DNA of 62,895 bases, filler included, from Octopus bimaculoides (taxonomy: Eukaryota), in the NCBI RefSeq assembly GCF_001194135.2. It is 5 parts of 5 records of this genome, joined end to end, with 100 filler letters (N's around TTAATTAATTAA, not from the genome) between each part and the next. Parts side by side here need not be neighbours in the genome. Positions count along the whole stretch, not along the records: positions 1 to 27,950 come from NC_068983.1; 4 more parts are not named here. One strand, 5' to 3'. The stretch's first letter is position 1. Each line of letters starts with the position of its first letter. The translations under genes were made by a program, and so were the position numbers. The notes beneath the pieces are model-generated. The model saw only the letters and a list, made by a program, of their open reading frames with translations, had not been told where the DNA came from and searched no databases. This document shows positions 12,003 to 25,548 of the stretch, in pieces.

Positions 12003-12268
12003 GCAGGAGTGGCTGTGTGGTAAGCAGCTTGCTTATGAACCACATGGTTCCGGGTTCATTCCCACTGCGTGGTACCTTGGGCAAATGTCTTCTACTATAA
12101 CCTCGGGCCGACCAAAGCCTTGTGAGTGGATTTGGTAGACGGAAACTGAAAGAAGCCCGTCGTATGTATGTATATATATATATGTATGTGTTTGTATATG
12201 TTTGTGTGTCTGTGTTTGCCCCCCCCCCAACTTCGCTTGACAACCGATACTGGTGTGTTTACGTCCCT
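12003..12268 (+). mobile_element. Family-B tRNA/CORE SINE with internal microsatellite (runs into a gap)
   Basis: ggagtggctgtgtggtaag (A box), ggttcattccc (B box), CORE-like gtaccttgggcaaatgtctt, ggaaactgaaagaagcccgtcg, then (TA/TG)n. Confidence 0.9.
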
Positions 12269-14189
12269 NNNNNNNNNNNNNNNNNNNNNNNNNNNNNNNN
12301 NNNNNNNNNNNNNNNNNNNNNNNNNNNNNNNNNNNNNNNNNNNNNNNNNNNNNNNNNNNNNNNNNNNNNNNNNNNNNNNNNNNNNNNNNNNNNNNNNNNN
12401 NNNNNNNNNNNNNNNNNNNNNNNNNNNNNNNNNNNNNNNNNNNNNNNNNNNNNNNNNNNNNNNNNNNNNNNNNNNNNNNNNNNNNNNNNNNNNNNNNNNN
12501 NNNNNNNNNNNNNNNNNNNNNNNNNNNNNNNNNNNNNNNNNNNNNNNNNNNNNNNNNNNNNNNNNNNNNNNNNNNNNNNNNNNNNNNNNNNNNNNNNNNN
12601 NNNNNNNNNNNNNNNNNNNNNNNNNNNNNNNNNNNNNNNNNNNNNNNNNNNNNNNNNNNNNNNNNNNNNNNNNNNNNNNNNNNNNNNNNNNNNNNNNNNN
12701 NNNNNNNNNNNNNNNNNNNNNNNNNNNNNNNNNNNNNNNNNNNNNNNNNNNNNNNNNNNNNNNNNNNNNNNNNNNNNNNNNNNNNNNNNNNNNNNNNNNN
12801 NNNNNNNNNNNNNNNNNNNNNNNNNNNNNNNNNNNNNNNNNNNNNNNNNNNNNNNNNNNNNNNNNNNNNNNNNNNNNNNNNNNNNNNNNNNNNNNNNNNN
12901 NNNNNNNNNNNNNNNNNNNNNNNNNNNNNNNNNNNNNNNNNNNNNNNNNNNNNNNNNNNNNNNNNNNNTGTGAATGAATATGTTTGAACTTATATATTTA
13001 CGTCTCTACTTTTCTTTAAATAAAGAAATTGTCTCCCCTTTCCTTTATCCTTTGACATAGTCATTATTAATATTGTACTCATACGTTAATTCAACCCTTT
13101 AGACTATTTAAATTCACCATTTCTTTTTCTACCTCTAAATATAAAATAGTTTTGAAGTATTCGTTACCATTACAAGACGCTTTCTTTCCCTAATTAGTCA
13201 TATCGACATCAGCTTAGAGCAAACAGCCACGTGACTTACATCACCGAAACTGTTATTTAGGTGACCGAAATATTGGCCAAAGAGTATTAAATCCAAATAG
13301 TGAAATATCTATATTACTCGATTATATTCAGTTTTCTTGTAGCAAGACACATTGTCACGTGGTTCGATTCTTTCATGCAATGCCGATCGGTTTATGAAGA
13401 ATTATTAATTTGCCGGGGAGAAAAGTGGTTTAGAATGAAATTATTCCAAATCCGACTGTAATGTGTCCATAACTGGCCTTTCTACTCAACTTTGAACGGT
13501 TGGCAAGTTGTAATAGAGGCGTGATATAATTCAACTTGGCAGCTTCAGTTTCGTGTCCAGAAGGATTCAACAAGATTTGACCACGGCTAACGATTTAGAT
13601 ACGATTAACGCATTGCGAACAGCTTTGCTTCGAGAGCTTTTTAAAAGAAATATTTTTTTTTCCCTAACGACAAGTTAGCCCTACATATTACACGGACTAT
13701 TATGTATAAAATCAATTATTTCAGTAAGACTGAATTAATCTTATATTACACGTATTTACTACAAGTGACACGCTAGTCATTCTTTTCATTTCTTTTTACC
13801 AATTCTTTTCCGTTATTATATCTTTTTCTTCTTCCAAAAGTGAATATATTTCTCTGGAACTAATTTCAATCATTTCTCATAAAAATGGTTTCTTTCTCAA
13901 TTCCTTATTTTCTTTTCAAACATTGCTGGCATTTCTGCTTCTATTTGCCTGTTGTTGTTGTTGTTGTTGTTGTTGTTATTGTTGTTGCATTAAATTTCAA
14001 ACCGTATGACCAAAATTTATCGATTGCCATGCTATTTGTGTAAAAACACTTCGGCACATGCGTGTTCAAACTGATCTTTAACTAGGCATGGCGTTCATTT
14101 CAGGAGAGATCAGATTCGTCGGGGGCTGAAGTTGATGACTTGTTTTAATCCCTTCTATCAAAATAGGGGCTTTCAGGCTAAGGTCGAGT

Positions 14190-14273
<84 letters not shown>

Positions 14274-14366
14274 TCTCTCTCTTGCTCTCTGTCTCTCTCT
14301 TGCTCTCTCCCGCTCTCAAATACTATTTTTCTTTCACTTTGTTTCACTATCTATTTCAATTTTCCC

Positions 14367-14431
<65 letters not shown>

Positions 14432-14662
14432 CTTTCACTATCTATCTACATACCTACCTACCTATCTATCTATCTATCTATCGATCGATCGATCTATCTA
14501 TCTTTTACTATCAATTTTTCACTATCTATCTATATACCTACCTACCTACCTACCTACCTATCTATCCATCCATCCATCCATCTATCTATCTATCTTTTCC
14601 CAACTCTCATTTTCCTTATTTATTATTCTCTTCCAGTTTCTTGTTATGAATTTCTGTATGTC

Positions 14663-14730
<68 letters not shown>

Positions 14731-14871
14731 CAAATGTACAGACAATATTTTATTAAGTGTGATTGCTACAGGAATGTAATATAGAACCCAGAGTTTCGTA
14801 TCAAAAGAACTTGTCTAACTCGTATGTGTGTATGTATGTAGATAAGCATGTATGTATATATATAAACGATA

Positions 14872-16036
14872 TAGCATCGCATGTTTGCCTACGACAGTTA
14901 TGTGAAGAATAAGGTGTCTGTCACAGTAGTTCAGCGTGAGTTTCGGCGCCATTCAGCATTCACCGAAACCAGGCTGTTCCCACACGTAACACAATCATAC
15001 GTTGGGAGAATGCACTTCGTACACGATGTACCCTAATGAATAGGAGACCAGTAGGAGTGCTACGAATTGTACAGACCCCGGAAAATGTGGAACGCGTCAG
15101 ACAAGCTTTGATACAGAGTCCGAATCGCTCTGCTCGGAGTCATTTCACTGAACTTGGCATCGGTAATTGATTGGTAAGGCGTATTTTGCATGAAAACTTG
15201 CATTTCCACCCGTATAAATTGGTTATTGGACAACAGTTGAAACCATGGATTATGCAGAGAGGCTTAACTTCGCACGTCAGATGGAAGCAATTTTTGAGGC
15301 AAATGATAACCTCATTTTGTTAATGAGTGATGTGGCTCATTTTCATCTCAATGGCATGGTGAATCAACAAGACTGTCGTTATTGGGCTCTTGAAAGACCA
15401 CTGTACAGCCCAAAGATGACGGTCTGGTGTGCTGTTGGAAAAACTGCCGTCATTGGTCCTTACTGTTTTGAAGATAATGATGCAAATGCTGCTACTATGA
15501 ACTCCGAGCCTTACATCGAGATGATAAGCAACTTTTTTGTGACTGAATTACGACGAAAACGTATGCCTATTCGACGTAACTGGTTTCAGCAGGATGACGC
15601 GACAGCCTACATAGCCAGAGTATCAATGGACGTTCTTCGCCCTTTCTTCGGTGACCGCCTCCTTTTTAGGTTTGCTGATATTCCTTGGTCCCCTCGGTCC
15701 CCTGATTTGTCCATATGTGATTATTTCTTGTGGGGAAACCTCAAGGCACTTGTGTATGCGCATAAGCTCCGTACATTGTACGATCTGAAGGAATCTATTC
15801 ACGTGAAAGTCGTCCAAGAGGACAAAGTAATCTTAGACAGAGTGGAGGCTAACTTCCAAGAACGCCTTCAGAAATGCATCAATGAAAATGAACACCACAT
15901 GTTGGATGTTGTTTTTCACACTTGATTTTCACAAATGCAAATTCAATACGAGCACACTGATGTCAATAAAATTTGTTTGCTGCTAAAATTAATGATTGTG
16001 TGAATGTTTCAAAAGCGTTCGTCCTCTCTCACCCTG
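14872..16036 (+). mobile_element. 5'-truncated Tc1/mariner DD41D (rosa/VS-type) transposon with a pseudogenised transposase
   Basis: ORF 15245-15925 has SD(V)AHF, VWC, WFQQD and W.PRSPDL..CD with 41 aa between the 2nd and 3rd Asp; upstream frames give the DNA-binding region (..TPENVERVR..SP.RS.R..HPYK) with a stop and frameshifts; ends ...caccctg|TA (right TIR); no left TIR found. Confidence 0.92.
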
Positions 16037-17186
16037 TATATATGCATGTATGTATGTATGTATGCATGTATTTTTGTAAGAAGGGAGGGAGGGATATCTA
16101 ATCTTTCTGTGAATGACCGAATTTTCAATAGTAACACAGCGTATTGTAACGAGGCGCTTGGTACAGCGTGGTTTGTCTATTGAACTGCTTTTATTGATGA
16201 TACTAACTTTTAGGGAGGTCTTAAGGAATGTAGAATTAATATGACCACAACCGTGGAGTGAAGCAGAAAGTCGTCTAGTCGGACGACGTCATATCTCGTT
16301 GCGTTAGCTCCTCGCCGGTGCGCTAAAGAAGAGGGGAAGTGTAAGGCGGAAGACTGTGGGTCAGCTGGGAATCCCAAGCATAACCGAAACGAGAGAAAAC
16401 CGATGAAGAGGTGACAACATTTCTGAGAGGATTAAAAACAACGCAATGACCAGGAGATGCGGAGATCACGGCACATAATATGATATGGTCTACATTTTTA
16501 CCCTAATCTGAAAAAATGCCAGAACAGCTCTTTAGATTTAAGGATAGTGTAGTGATCGATTAAAATAAGCCGCCTACGTATTTTATCAACCTCTAAAAGA
16601 GAAATAGTAAATTTGACACCGATGAGATTTGAACTCACAACGTAAAGAGGTGTAACTGAATAACGTGGATCATTTTTACCCGACATTCAGTTGATTAAAC
16701 CAACAGTTGTATACAGTAATGAAAATAGGGACAAATCGACCTCGGTTCTTGTTTAGTACTTACTTTGTCGACTCTGGAAGAATAAATGGCTAATCCAACC
16801 TTAGTTTCATTTAACTGGGAAAGAATGTCATAGAGTGAGTCCGGCAAGGACAGAAAAAGGAGTGGATAACATTTGTCATCTATAATAAACACGAAATTCT
16901 GTCTGTCTGGGACTCCTGTATCTCAGTCTGCAATTGTTCTACATAGACATATTATACTTTTTTGGAATCAGGATTATCCCGGTATTGAAAATCTACCCTT
17001 CATTTGGTTCTTGAACATCCAACATTGTGATCTGATTTAAAAGCATTAATGTTGCTATTTCTAGCAGATAAAGCTTGGCTGATTCACGCCATCTTCGTTG
17101 GCGTTTGTCAGATGACGCCAGAGATCAGTGGGTGGGGGAAACAATTTTTCTCATTAATAAGCAGGAAGTAATTTTTACCAACATGC

Positions 17187-17620
17187 AAGGTGGTGAGCTG
17201 GCAGAATCGTTGGTACGCCGGGTAAAATGCTTAGCGGTATTTTGTTCGTATTTACGTTCTGAGTTCAAATCCTACCGAAGTCAACTTTACCTTTCATCCT
17301 TCCGGGGTCGTTAATTGAGTTGAGTACTGGGGGTCAATGTAATCGACTTACGCCCTCCCCGAACTTGTTAGCCCTTTGCCAAGATTTGAAATCGATATAT
17401 AAGGCGGCGAGTTGGCAAAATCGCTAGCACGACGGGAAAAAGGCTTGCGGCATTTTGTCCATCTTTACCCTCTGAATTCAAATTCCGCGGAGGTTGAGAG
17501 GGTCTTTCATCCTTTGAGGGTCGATAAAATAAGGACTAGTTGAGTACTAGAGGTCGATGTAATCGACTACCCTCCTCTCACGAACATAATAGCCTTGTAC
17601 CAAAATCTGAAACCAATAAA
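17187..17620 (+). mobile_element. Head-to-tail tandem of two family-A SINEs
   Basis: aaggtggtgagctggcagaatcgt... (17187) and taaggcggcgagttggcaaaatcg... (17400), each with the ctttcatcct..ggggtcg core. Confidence 0.9.
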
Positions 17621-18384
17621 CAGGANNNNNNNNNNNNNNNNNNNNNNNNNNNNNNNNNNNNNNNNNNNNNNNNNNNNNNNNNNNNNNNNNNNNNNNNNNN
17701 NNNNNNNNNNNNNNNNNNNNNNNNNNNNNNNNNNNNNNNNNNNNNNNNNNNNNNNNNNNNNNNNNNNNNNNNNNNNNNNNNNNNNNNNNNNNNNNNNNNN
17801 NNNNNNNNNNNNNNNNNNNNNNNNNNNNNNNNNNNNNNNNNNNNNNNNNNNNNNNNNNNNNNNNNNNNNNNNNNNNNNNNNNNNNNNNNNNNNNNNNNNN
17901 NNNNNNNNNNNNNNNNNNNNNNNNNNNNNNNNNNNNNNNNNNNNNNNNNNNNNNNNNNNNNNNNNNNNNNNNNNNNNNNNNNNNNNNNNNNNNNNNNNNN
18001 NNNNNNNNNNNNNNNNNNNNNNNNNNNNNNNNNNNNNNNNNNNNNNNNNNNNNNNNNNNNNNNNNNNNNNNNNNNNNNNNNNNNNNNNNNNNNNNNNNNN
18101 NNNNNNNNNNNNNNNNNNNNNNNNNNNNNNNNNNNNNNNNNNNNNNNNNNNNNNNNNNNNNNNNNNNNNNNNNNNNNNNNNNNNNNNNNNNNNNNNNNNN
18201 NNNNNNNNNNNNNNATTTACAATTGTGTGTCGCCACCTACAAAGATAGCGGTGAAACGAAGCGAAAACACGACGAGAGAAGTATTTTGAATTGCGGTAGT
18301 TATAAATGAAGGAATTTGTGCATGATATTGTAGGTGTCAAAAGTAGAGTCGGAGTGGTTGCAGAAAAAGAAAGTAATTGATTGA

Positions 18385-18426
<42 letters not shown>

Positions 18427-18483
18427 TGGAGAGAAAGAAAAAGAGAGGGAGAGAGAGAGAAAGGGGGAGAAAGAGAGAGAGAG

Positions 18484-18523
<40 letters not shown>

Positions 18524-18644
18524 ATTATAGGAAGAGAGGAATCGATAGAAAATAACGTTTTAAAATAGACACGAAGGAAAGAGACCAGACTTTCTGGCAG
18601 AGTGATAGACAGAACGAAAAATGTCTGTAACATTTAGAAAGGAT

Positions 18645-18678
<34 letters not shown>

Positions 18679-18719
18679 TGGATAGACAGATGGACAGACA
18701 GACAAACAGACAGACAGGC

Positions 18720-18759
<40 letters not shown>

Positions 18760-18871
18760 CAAGAAATGCAAAAAGGATAGATTTAGTTAAAACGAAAATG
18801 TACGAATTGAAAAATGATAGAAAATAAGCTTTAATGATTCTTTATTTTACATTGATATACTGTCTATTAAG

Positions 18872-19232
18872 CGTGTGTGGAGGCCCAGTGGTTAGGGCAG
18901 CGGACTCGCGGTCGTCGGATCGTGGTTTCGACTCCCAAACCGGGCGCTATGAGTGTTTATTGAGAGAAAACACCTAAAGCCCCACGAGGTTCCAGCAGGA
19001 GGAGGGGGCCAACCCTGCTGTACTCTTTCACCTCAACTTACTCTCACTCTTTCTTCCTGTTTCTGTTGTACCTGTATATGAAAGGCCAGCCTTGTCAAAC
19101 TCTGTGTCACGCTGAATCTCCCCGAGAACTACGTTAAGGGTACACATGTCTGTGGAGTACTCAGCCACTTACACGTTAATTTCACGAGCAGATCAACTGG
19201 AATCCACGTCGTCGTCACCAACGGAGTGTCAC
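18872..19232 (+). mobile_element. Family-D tRNA-derived SINE
   Basis: A box ggcccagtggttagg, B box ggtttcgactccc; body and tail unrelated to families A-C. Confidence 0.7.
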
Positions 19233-19299
19233 GTAATTACTCATGTGTGTTTGTCTATATATGTCCATGTACCTGGTTATGCATTTGTATACACACACA

Positions 19300-19334
<35 letters not shown>

Positions 19335-19338
<4 letters not shown>

Positions 19339-19780
19339 TTATTAATAAGGGTAGAAATTGATATTAATCAATTAAAACCAGTGGTCTAGCATATTAAAAA
19401 AATCCGAAGATTAAAATTATATTACATACAAAAATAAGAGGAATGACCAGCAAAAGTGGACTCCTATATGCTAGAAATAGATGCCAAATCATCTAACCAC
19501 GAAAAANNNNNNNNNNNNNNNNNNNNNNNNNNNNNNNNNNNNNNNNNNNNNNNNNNNNNNNNNNNNNNNNNNNNNNNNNNNNNNNNNNNNNNNNNNNNNN
19601 NNNNNNTATTTTCCTTTGTCTCGCCCTTTTTTTCCTTTTCTTTTTTCATTTTTTCATGTCTTGCCCTTTTACAATCTGTTGTGTCGCTAAATTTTTACTG
19701 AGAACATATTTTTCGTGGTTAGATGATTCGGCATTTATTTCTAGCATATAGGAGTCCACTTTTGCTGGTGTTTCCTCTTA
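19335..19780. repeat. Inverted pair of one dispersed-repeat segment around a 100-N gap
   Basis: 19435-19506 is the near-exact reverse complement of ~19710-19780 (cagcaaaagtggactcctatatgctagaaat / atttctagcatataggagtccacttttgctg). Confidence 0.8.
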
Positions 19781-19977
19781 TTTATATATATATATATATA
19801 TACGTGTAAGCACATACATGCAATACAAGGTGGTAAAAATAGTACTCGAATACCGAAGGTAGAGTACTATGCTTGTTTTATTAAAGCTGCATAAACATCA
19901 CAAAAAGCTGTGACTCGGAGGTTCACATTCCCGTTCGTCGGACGGTTGTGATTAAGACTCATGCATATATTTATACA

Positions 19978-20138
19978 TGAGGGGATGCTAAAAAGTTTAA
20001 GGGTATCGCAAAAGACGTGTTTGGAGGCCCAACCTTCTGCGTTCCTTTCACAGGGCATACTCGCTGCAATAAATGTGTGAATCTGATCTTCCTGTATTTT
20101 CTTTTCCGAAAGCCAGGAACTTTTCAGCACCTCCTCGT
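19978..20138. mobile_element. Mariner-derived MITE
   Basis: Left end tgaggggatgctaaaaagtt; right end aacttttcagcacctcctcg (reverse complement cgaggaggtgctgaaaagtt); ~160 bp, non-coding. Confidence 0.75.
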
Positions 20139-20324
20139 TTAGATAGATAGATAGATAGATAGATAGATACATACATACATACATACCTACATACATACAT
20201 GTGTGTATGTGTATACATACTTGTTCATGTGTATATATATGTGTGAGCATGTGTGTTTATGTGTACGCGTGTGTGTCAATTGTGTGTGGAGCTCTGTGTG
20301 TGCCACTCTCGTGGCATATATACT

Positions 20325-20363
<39 letters not shown>

Positions 20364-20507
20364 TCACATACACACAAACACACACACACTCTCGCACGCA
20401 CGCGCACACACACTCACACATGTATGTATTTAAGTAGATGTATGTGTACATTTCTGTTTCTATGTATACCTTCGTGTGTTTACGTTACACACAATATTAC
20501 TGGTTCC

Positions 20508-20733
20508 CAAGGTGGCGTGATGGCGGAAACGTTGGCACACAGGGCGAAATATTTAGCAGTATTTCGTCTGTGTTTGCATGCTGAGTTCGAATTCCACCGA
20601 GGTCGACTTTACCTTTCATCCTTTTGGGATCGATAAAGTAAGTACCAGTTGTGTGCTCGGGTCGGTCTAATCGACTGGCTCCACCTCGCCAAAAATTTCG
20701 GGCCTTGGGCCTAGAGTAGAAAAGAATATTATT
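20508..20733 (+). mobile_element. Family-A SINE, full length
   Basis: gagttcgaattccaccgaggtcgactttacctttcatccttttgggatcgataaa...gtagaaaagaatattatt. Confidence 0.9.
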
Positions 20734-22414
20734 GTTTCCTATTATTCAACTGGAAGAGACAAACGCGGTATGAATTACCGTGTAAGACCTCCAAAATTGA
20801 TGAGATTGAAACGATCGATGGTTTAATCAAATTTTTTGGCGATGTTGTTTGAAAGGAATGTGTGGGTAGTGAGAACATTCCAAAACGCTGAGCTCTGGCA
20901 AGAAGGTTTTATAGTAAAGTGTTCAATCTACATTTCAATCAATGACATTCAGTATGGGAGGCAGGATATACAAGTTAGCATAGGCCAAAATCACAGATAT
21001 TTTCTATTTTTTAGAGACGTAGATGTTGTAGGAAAAATTTTAGAATAGAGTGAGGGAGATTCTAACGGCTGCAGTCAATAAGAAATCGTCAGTTACATGA
21101 ATGGTCTTTTGGTCTTTCTTGGGAGGAAGGTTAGAATGTGTATTTTGTGCAACTGATGCACTATTTATATATGTGAGATGTAATATGTAATATGACTCAC
21201 ACATAGCCTTCTGGAGGTTTAGTGATTGATCAGTATTTTCGTTAGAATCTAGTTTTATTGGAATCAGTTTTGTCTTCAGTATATATATATATATATNNNN
21301 NNNNNNNNNNNNNNNNNNNNNNNNNNNNNNNNNNNNNNNNNNNNNNNNNNNNNNNNNNNNNNNNNNNNNNNNNNNNNNNNNNNNNNNNNNNNNNNNNNNN
21401 NNNNNNNNNNNNNNNNNNNNNNNNNNNNNNNNNNNNNNNNNNNNNNNNNNNNNNNNNNNNNNNNNNNNNNNNNNNNNNNNNNNNNNNNNNNNNNNNNNNN
21501 NNNNNNNNNNNNNNNNNNNNNNNNNNNNNNNNNNNNNNNNNNNNNNNNNNNNNNNNNNNNNNNNNNNNNNNNNNNNNNNNNNNNNNNNNNNNNNNNNNNN
21601 NNNNNNNNNNNNNNNNNNNNNNNNNNNNNNNNNNNNNNNNNNNNNNNNNNNNNNNNNNNNNNNNNNNNNNNNNNNNNNNNNNNNNNNNNNNNNNNNNNNN
21701 NNNNNNNNNNNNNNNNNNNNNNNNNNNNNNNNNNNNNNNNNNNNNNNNNNNNNNNNNNNNNNNNNNNNNNNNNNNNNNNNNNNNNNNNNNNNNNNNNNNN
21801 NNNNNNNNNNNNNNNNNNNNNNNNNNNNNNNNNNNNNNNNGGAGGAAGAAGAAGAGGAAGGCAGAAGGAGATGACGAGGGGCAGGAGGAGAAGGGTGCGT
21901 AGGTGGAGAGGAGGAGAGAGTTGAAGAGAAAGGAGGAGGTGAAAGCGAAGGAGGTGAAAGAGGAGGCGGAGAAGGACGAGGAGGAGAGGATAAGGAAGGG
22001 AGAGAGGGAGGAAGGTGGAGGGAGGGAGGAGGTGAGGGGGAGGAAATAATGTGGTGGAAGTGGAGGGGGAGGCAGAGGAGTATCCGACGTCGGAGTGATT
22101 GTAAAACAACAGGTCGAAGCGTCCTATAGACGACCGTTGTCCTTCCATTTATCATAACACGTAAAATAAACTGGAAAAACAAACATTCCTGTTTCATACG
22201 ACTTATCTTTTGAATACATTTTGTAAAGTGAGAATCATGTTTGGTTCAACGATAAATAGACTGTTTGTCTGGTACATTTTCTAACCTCTCACTTCAAACC
22301 TGCTCTGTATACGCATTCGATACACTTTATTATTAACTGCTCAATTCATTTAAAGTAAGTTCTCACCGTTGTGTGAGATCTCTAAATAGCATCAGTAATG
22401 TGACTAACGGTTCT

Positions 22415-23505
22415 GAATATCCCTTTCTGCTGTAGGCGCAAGGCCTCAATTTTTGTACTGGTTGATTACGTCGATCCCAGCGCTCAATTGGTACTCAATT
22501 TATCTACCCTAAAAGGGTATAAAGTAAAGTCAACTTCGGCGGGATTTGAACTCAGAACGTTCACACGGACGAAATACCACTAAGCATTTTGTCCAGAATG
22601 CTAACAATTCCGGCGACGAACTGACAGAATCGTTAGCACGCTGGACGAAATGCTTCATGATGTTTTGCCCGTCCCTACGTTCTGAGTTCAAATTCTGCTG
22701 AGGTCGACTTTGTCTTTTATCTTTTCGGGGTTGATAAATTAAGACCCATTGAAACACTTGTGTTGATTTAATCGATTAGTCCCCTCCCCCAGAATTTCAA
22801 GGTTTTGTACCTTCTGTAGATAGGATTTTGCCAGCCTGCTGCCTTGTTGTTACATAATATTGGTTTCAAATTTTGGTACAATGTTAGCAGATTTGCGGGA
22901 GGGGCCAAGTCGTTTTCATCAACTGCAGTGATCAACTGGTACTTATTTTATTGACCCCAAAAGATGAAAGGCAAAATCAACCTCGGCGAAATTTGAACTC
23001 AATTGGTTTCTAATAATGGTTTCAAATTTTGGCACAAGGCCAGTAAGTTTAGAGAAGGAGTGAGTCGATTACATCGACCCCAGTCCTCAACCCTGGAAGG
23101 ATGTAAATCAAAGTCGACCTCGACGGAATTTGAACTCAAATGCTTTCTAATATTAAATCACATTAAGGTGGCGAGCAGGCAGAATAGCCAACGTGCCGGA
23201 AAAATGCTTAGCGGCATTTACGTTCTGAGTTCAAGTGCTGCCGGCGCCGAATTTGCCTTTCATCCTTTCGGGGTCAGTAAAATAAGTACCATTGGAAGAC
23301 GGGTCGGTGTAAATGATTTACTTCATCCCCCGAAATTGCTGACCTTATGCCAAAATTTGAAACCAATATTAACTCATGTTCATATATGTTTTGGGAGAGT
23401 ACAGCTGATTCAATCGTCTCCGTTACCCACTACTTAGCTGGTACTTATTTTATCGATTCCAAGATGTTTGAAAAGTGAACTTGACTTCGGCGGTGTTTGA
23501 AGTTA
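22415..23505. mobile_element. Cluster of six family-A SINEs in mixed orientation (-,+,-,-,+,-)
   Basis: Copies at about 22415-22612(-), 22613-22827(+), 22856-23001(-), 23011-23142(-), 23163-23371(+), 23392-23505(-). Confidence 0.88.
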
Positions 23506-24516
23506 GGAGATGCAACTAAATACGTTTTAAAGTACATTACATCCTCCTTTCTTCAATTCGTGCCATCCTACTTAGCAAGATTTAATGTAACCAAATACCA
23601 TAACACACTCCCACAGCACTGCACTATTTTCTGTCTCCTTTAGTTTCTTACTTTCCCTTAAGAATTTGGTGCAATTAATACTTTTTTTTTTACTTAATCT
23701 TCACTAATTCATTCAGTAAGTTAATCATTTGTTTTTGTTATTATTCTATTTATTCTCTGTAAATGAGAATTATTTCATTCATGCATTTTCCTTCATAATT
23801 ATCAATATCTTAACTTTCATTCCTTCTAGCAATTCTTCATCATAATCTTCGTCTTCATCGTCATTTATTCAGTCGTTCTTATTCTCACATTTCTGTTTAT
23901 TTTGTTGGCATCCTTCACTGCTCTCTCATGCACCGCAACCAACTTGCCCTTCTCAAGTGATACCATGTCTTCATTTCATCCTCTTTCCCATTATCCTCCA
24001 AACATTACAACATCAGTCAGTCGACCAGTATTATGTTGCTTAACCGCCATGTTTGCTGAACGCTGTTAACACAAGATTAGCCGGTTAAGCTCACTACAAA
24101 TACAAAATGTACAACAGTCTGCCGGCGTCAGGTCAAGGAAGATTTTCTCCGTCAGATTTTGAATGACATCTTCGTGGATGCAGAAGTAGATGAAGAATCA
24201 GTGAGAAAGTACCGTTCGATTTGGTCGGAATCTTCTTCCACCACCGTCTTCTCATTCCGTCTACTTGTGTTACGTGAAATTAAAAAGTCGTTCATTGGCA
24301 GCATTCACAGAGCAATTCAAGTCATGATAATGAGATTTTTTTCAACTAAGCTAGTGCCAATCCCGGGGATTACCGAGAGCAAACGATGTTTGCCAATGTA
24401 AATCCACACCAACATGTGATAGCTATCAGATCAGAGATGTTTGAACACGTTGATTATGTTGACACTTAAATCTGAGGGAGAAGGGAGAGAGAAACGAGGT
24501 TGAAGAAGAAAAAAAA

Positions 24517-24553
<37 letters not shown>

Positions 24554-24789
24554 ATGTATGGTGGAGGAGGAGAGTGAGACAAGCAAGATGAAAGACAAAC
24601 ATGGGGAAGAAAAGAAAGGAGATTCTGAATAAAGGGGAAAAGCCATTGAATGAAATAAAGAAGTGCTTAGTGTTAAAGCAGAGGTGGGAATTGCAGAGAG
24701 ATAAGGACAGAAGAAATTAAAGGAGCAGAAAAAGGATAGGGAAGTTTGATACAAGTTCGCGCGAGCGTGTGTGTATGTATGTTTGTAAT

Positions 24790-24849
<60 letters not shown>

Positions 24850-24902
24850 NNNNNNNNNNNNNNNNNNNNNNNNNNNNNNNNNNNNNNNNNNNNNNNNNNN
24901 NN

Positions 24903-24973
<71 letters not shown>

Positions 24974-25429
24974 AATGTAATATATCGATAAGATAGGAAT
25001 ATATTACCATATGTGGCAACGTGGTTTATATACTGCAACGTGGTTTGATTGATCTCAGATATAGACGTTAATAGCGCAGTTAATGGAAGTTAATGCTAAA
25101 AAACTTGCAGTAAGAAAATAGAAAGTTAATTATAAACAAACAAATATCTAGTTGATCGTCCAGTCATCTGGTTATTGTCTTTATGGCGGATGGTAATAGG
25201 AGGTTAGTACAGAGGGAGTTATATTCTTGAACCGTCTACTCGTGGATGGAGATAAGGGGGCGAAATACAAAGTGGAATACGTGTAGATCGAAAAAAAATC
25301 TGCAGTTCATAAATCTGCAGTAGTTTGTGTAGCTAACTATTCACCATTATATATGTGTGTGTGTACGTGTATGTATGTCTATATATAAATATGTATGTGT
25401 ATATGTGTGTATGCATGTATGTATATATA

Positions 25430-25462
<33 letters not shown>

Positions 25463-25475
25463 GCATTTGTGTGTG

Positions 25476-25544
<69 letters not shown>

Positions 25545-25548
<4 letters not shown>

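Noticed and set aside
16145-16494. Solo LTR candidate (TGTAAC...CTACA, 350 bp)
   Set aside because: No matching target-site duplication (gtat vs tttt), no PBS/PPT context and no second copy in the window.
17069-17135. Plus-strand exon candidate (KAWLIHAIFVGVCQMTPEI)
   Set aside because: Weak donor, no phase-compatible neighbour identified and no recognisable homology.
19915-19945. Hammerhead-like CCGACGA-ACG-GGAA-TGT-GAAC on the minus strand
   Set aside because: Too many core changes, and no stem I or cleavage triplet could be placed.
20740-21270. Possible PLE or LINE coding relic on the minus strand
   Set aside because: No consistent motif series in any frame.
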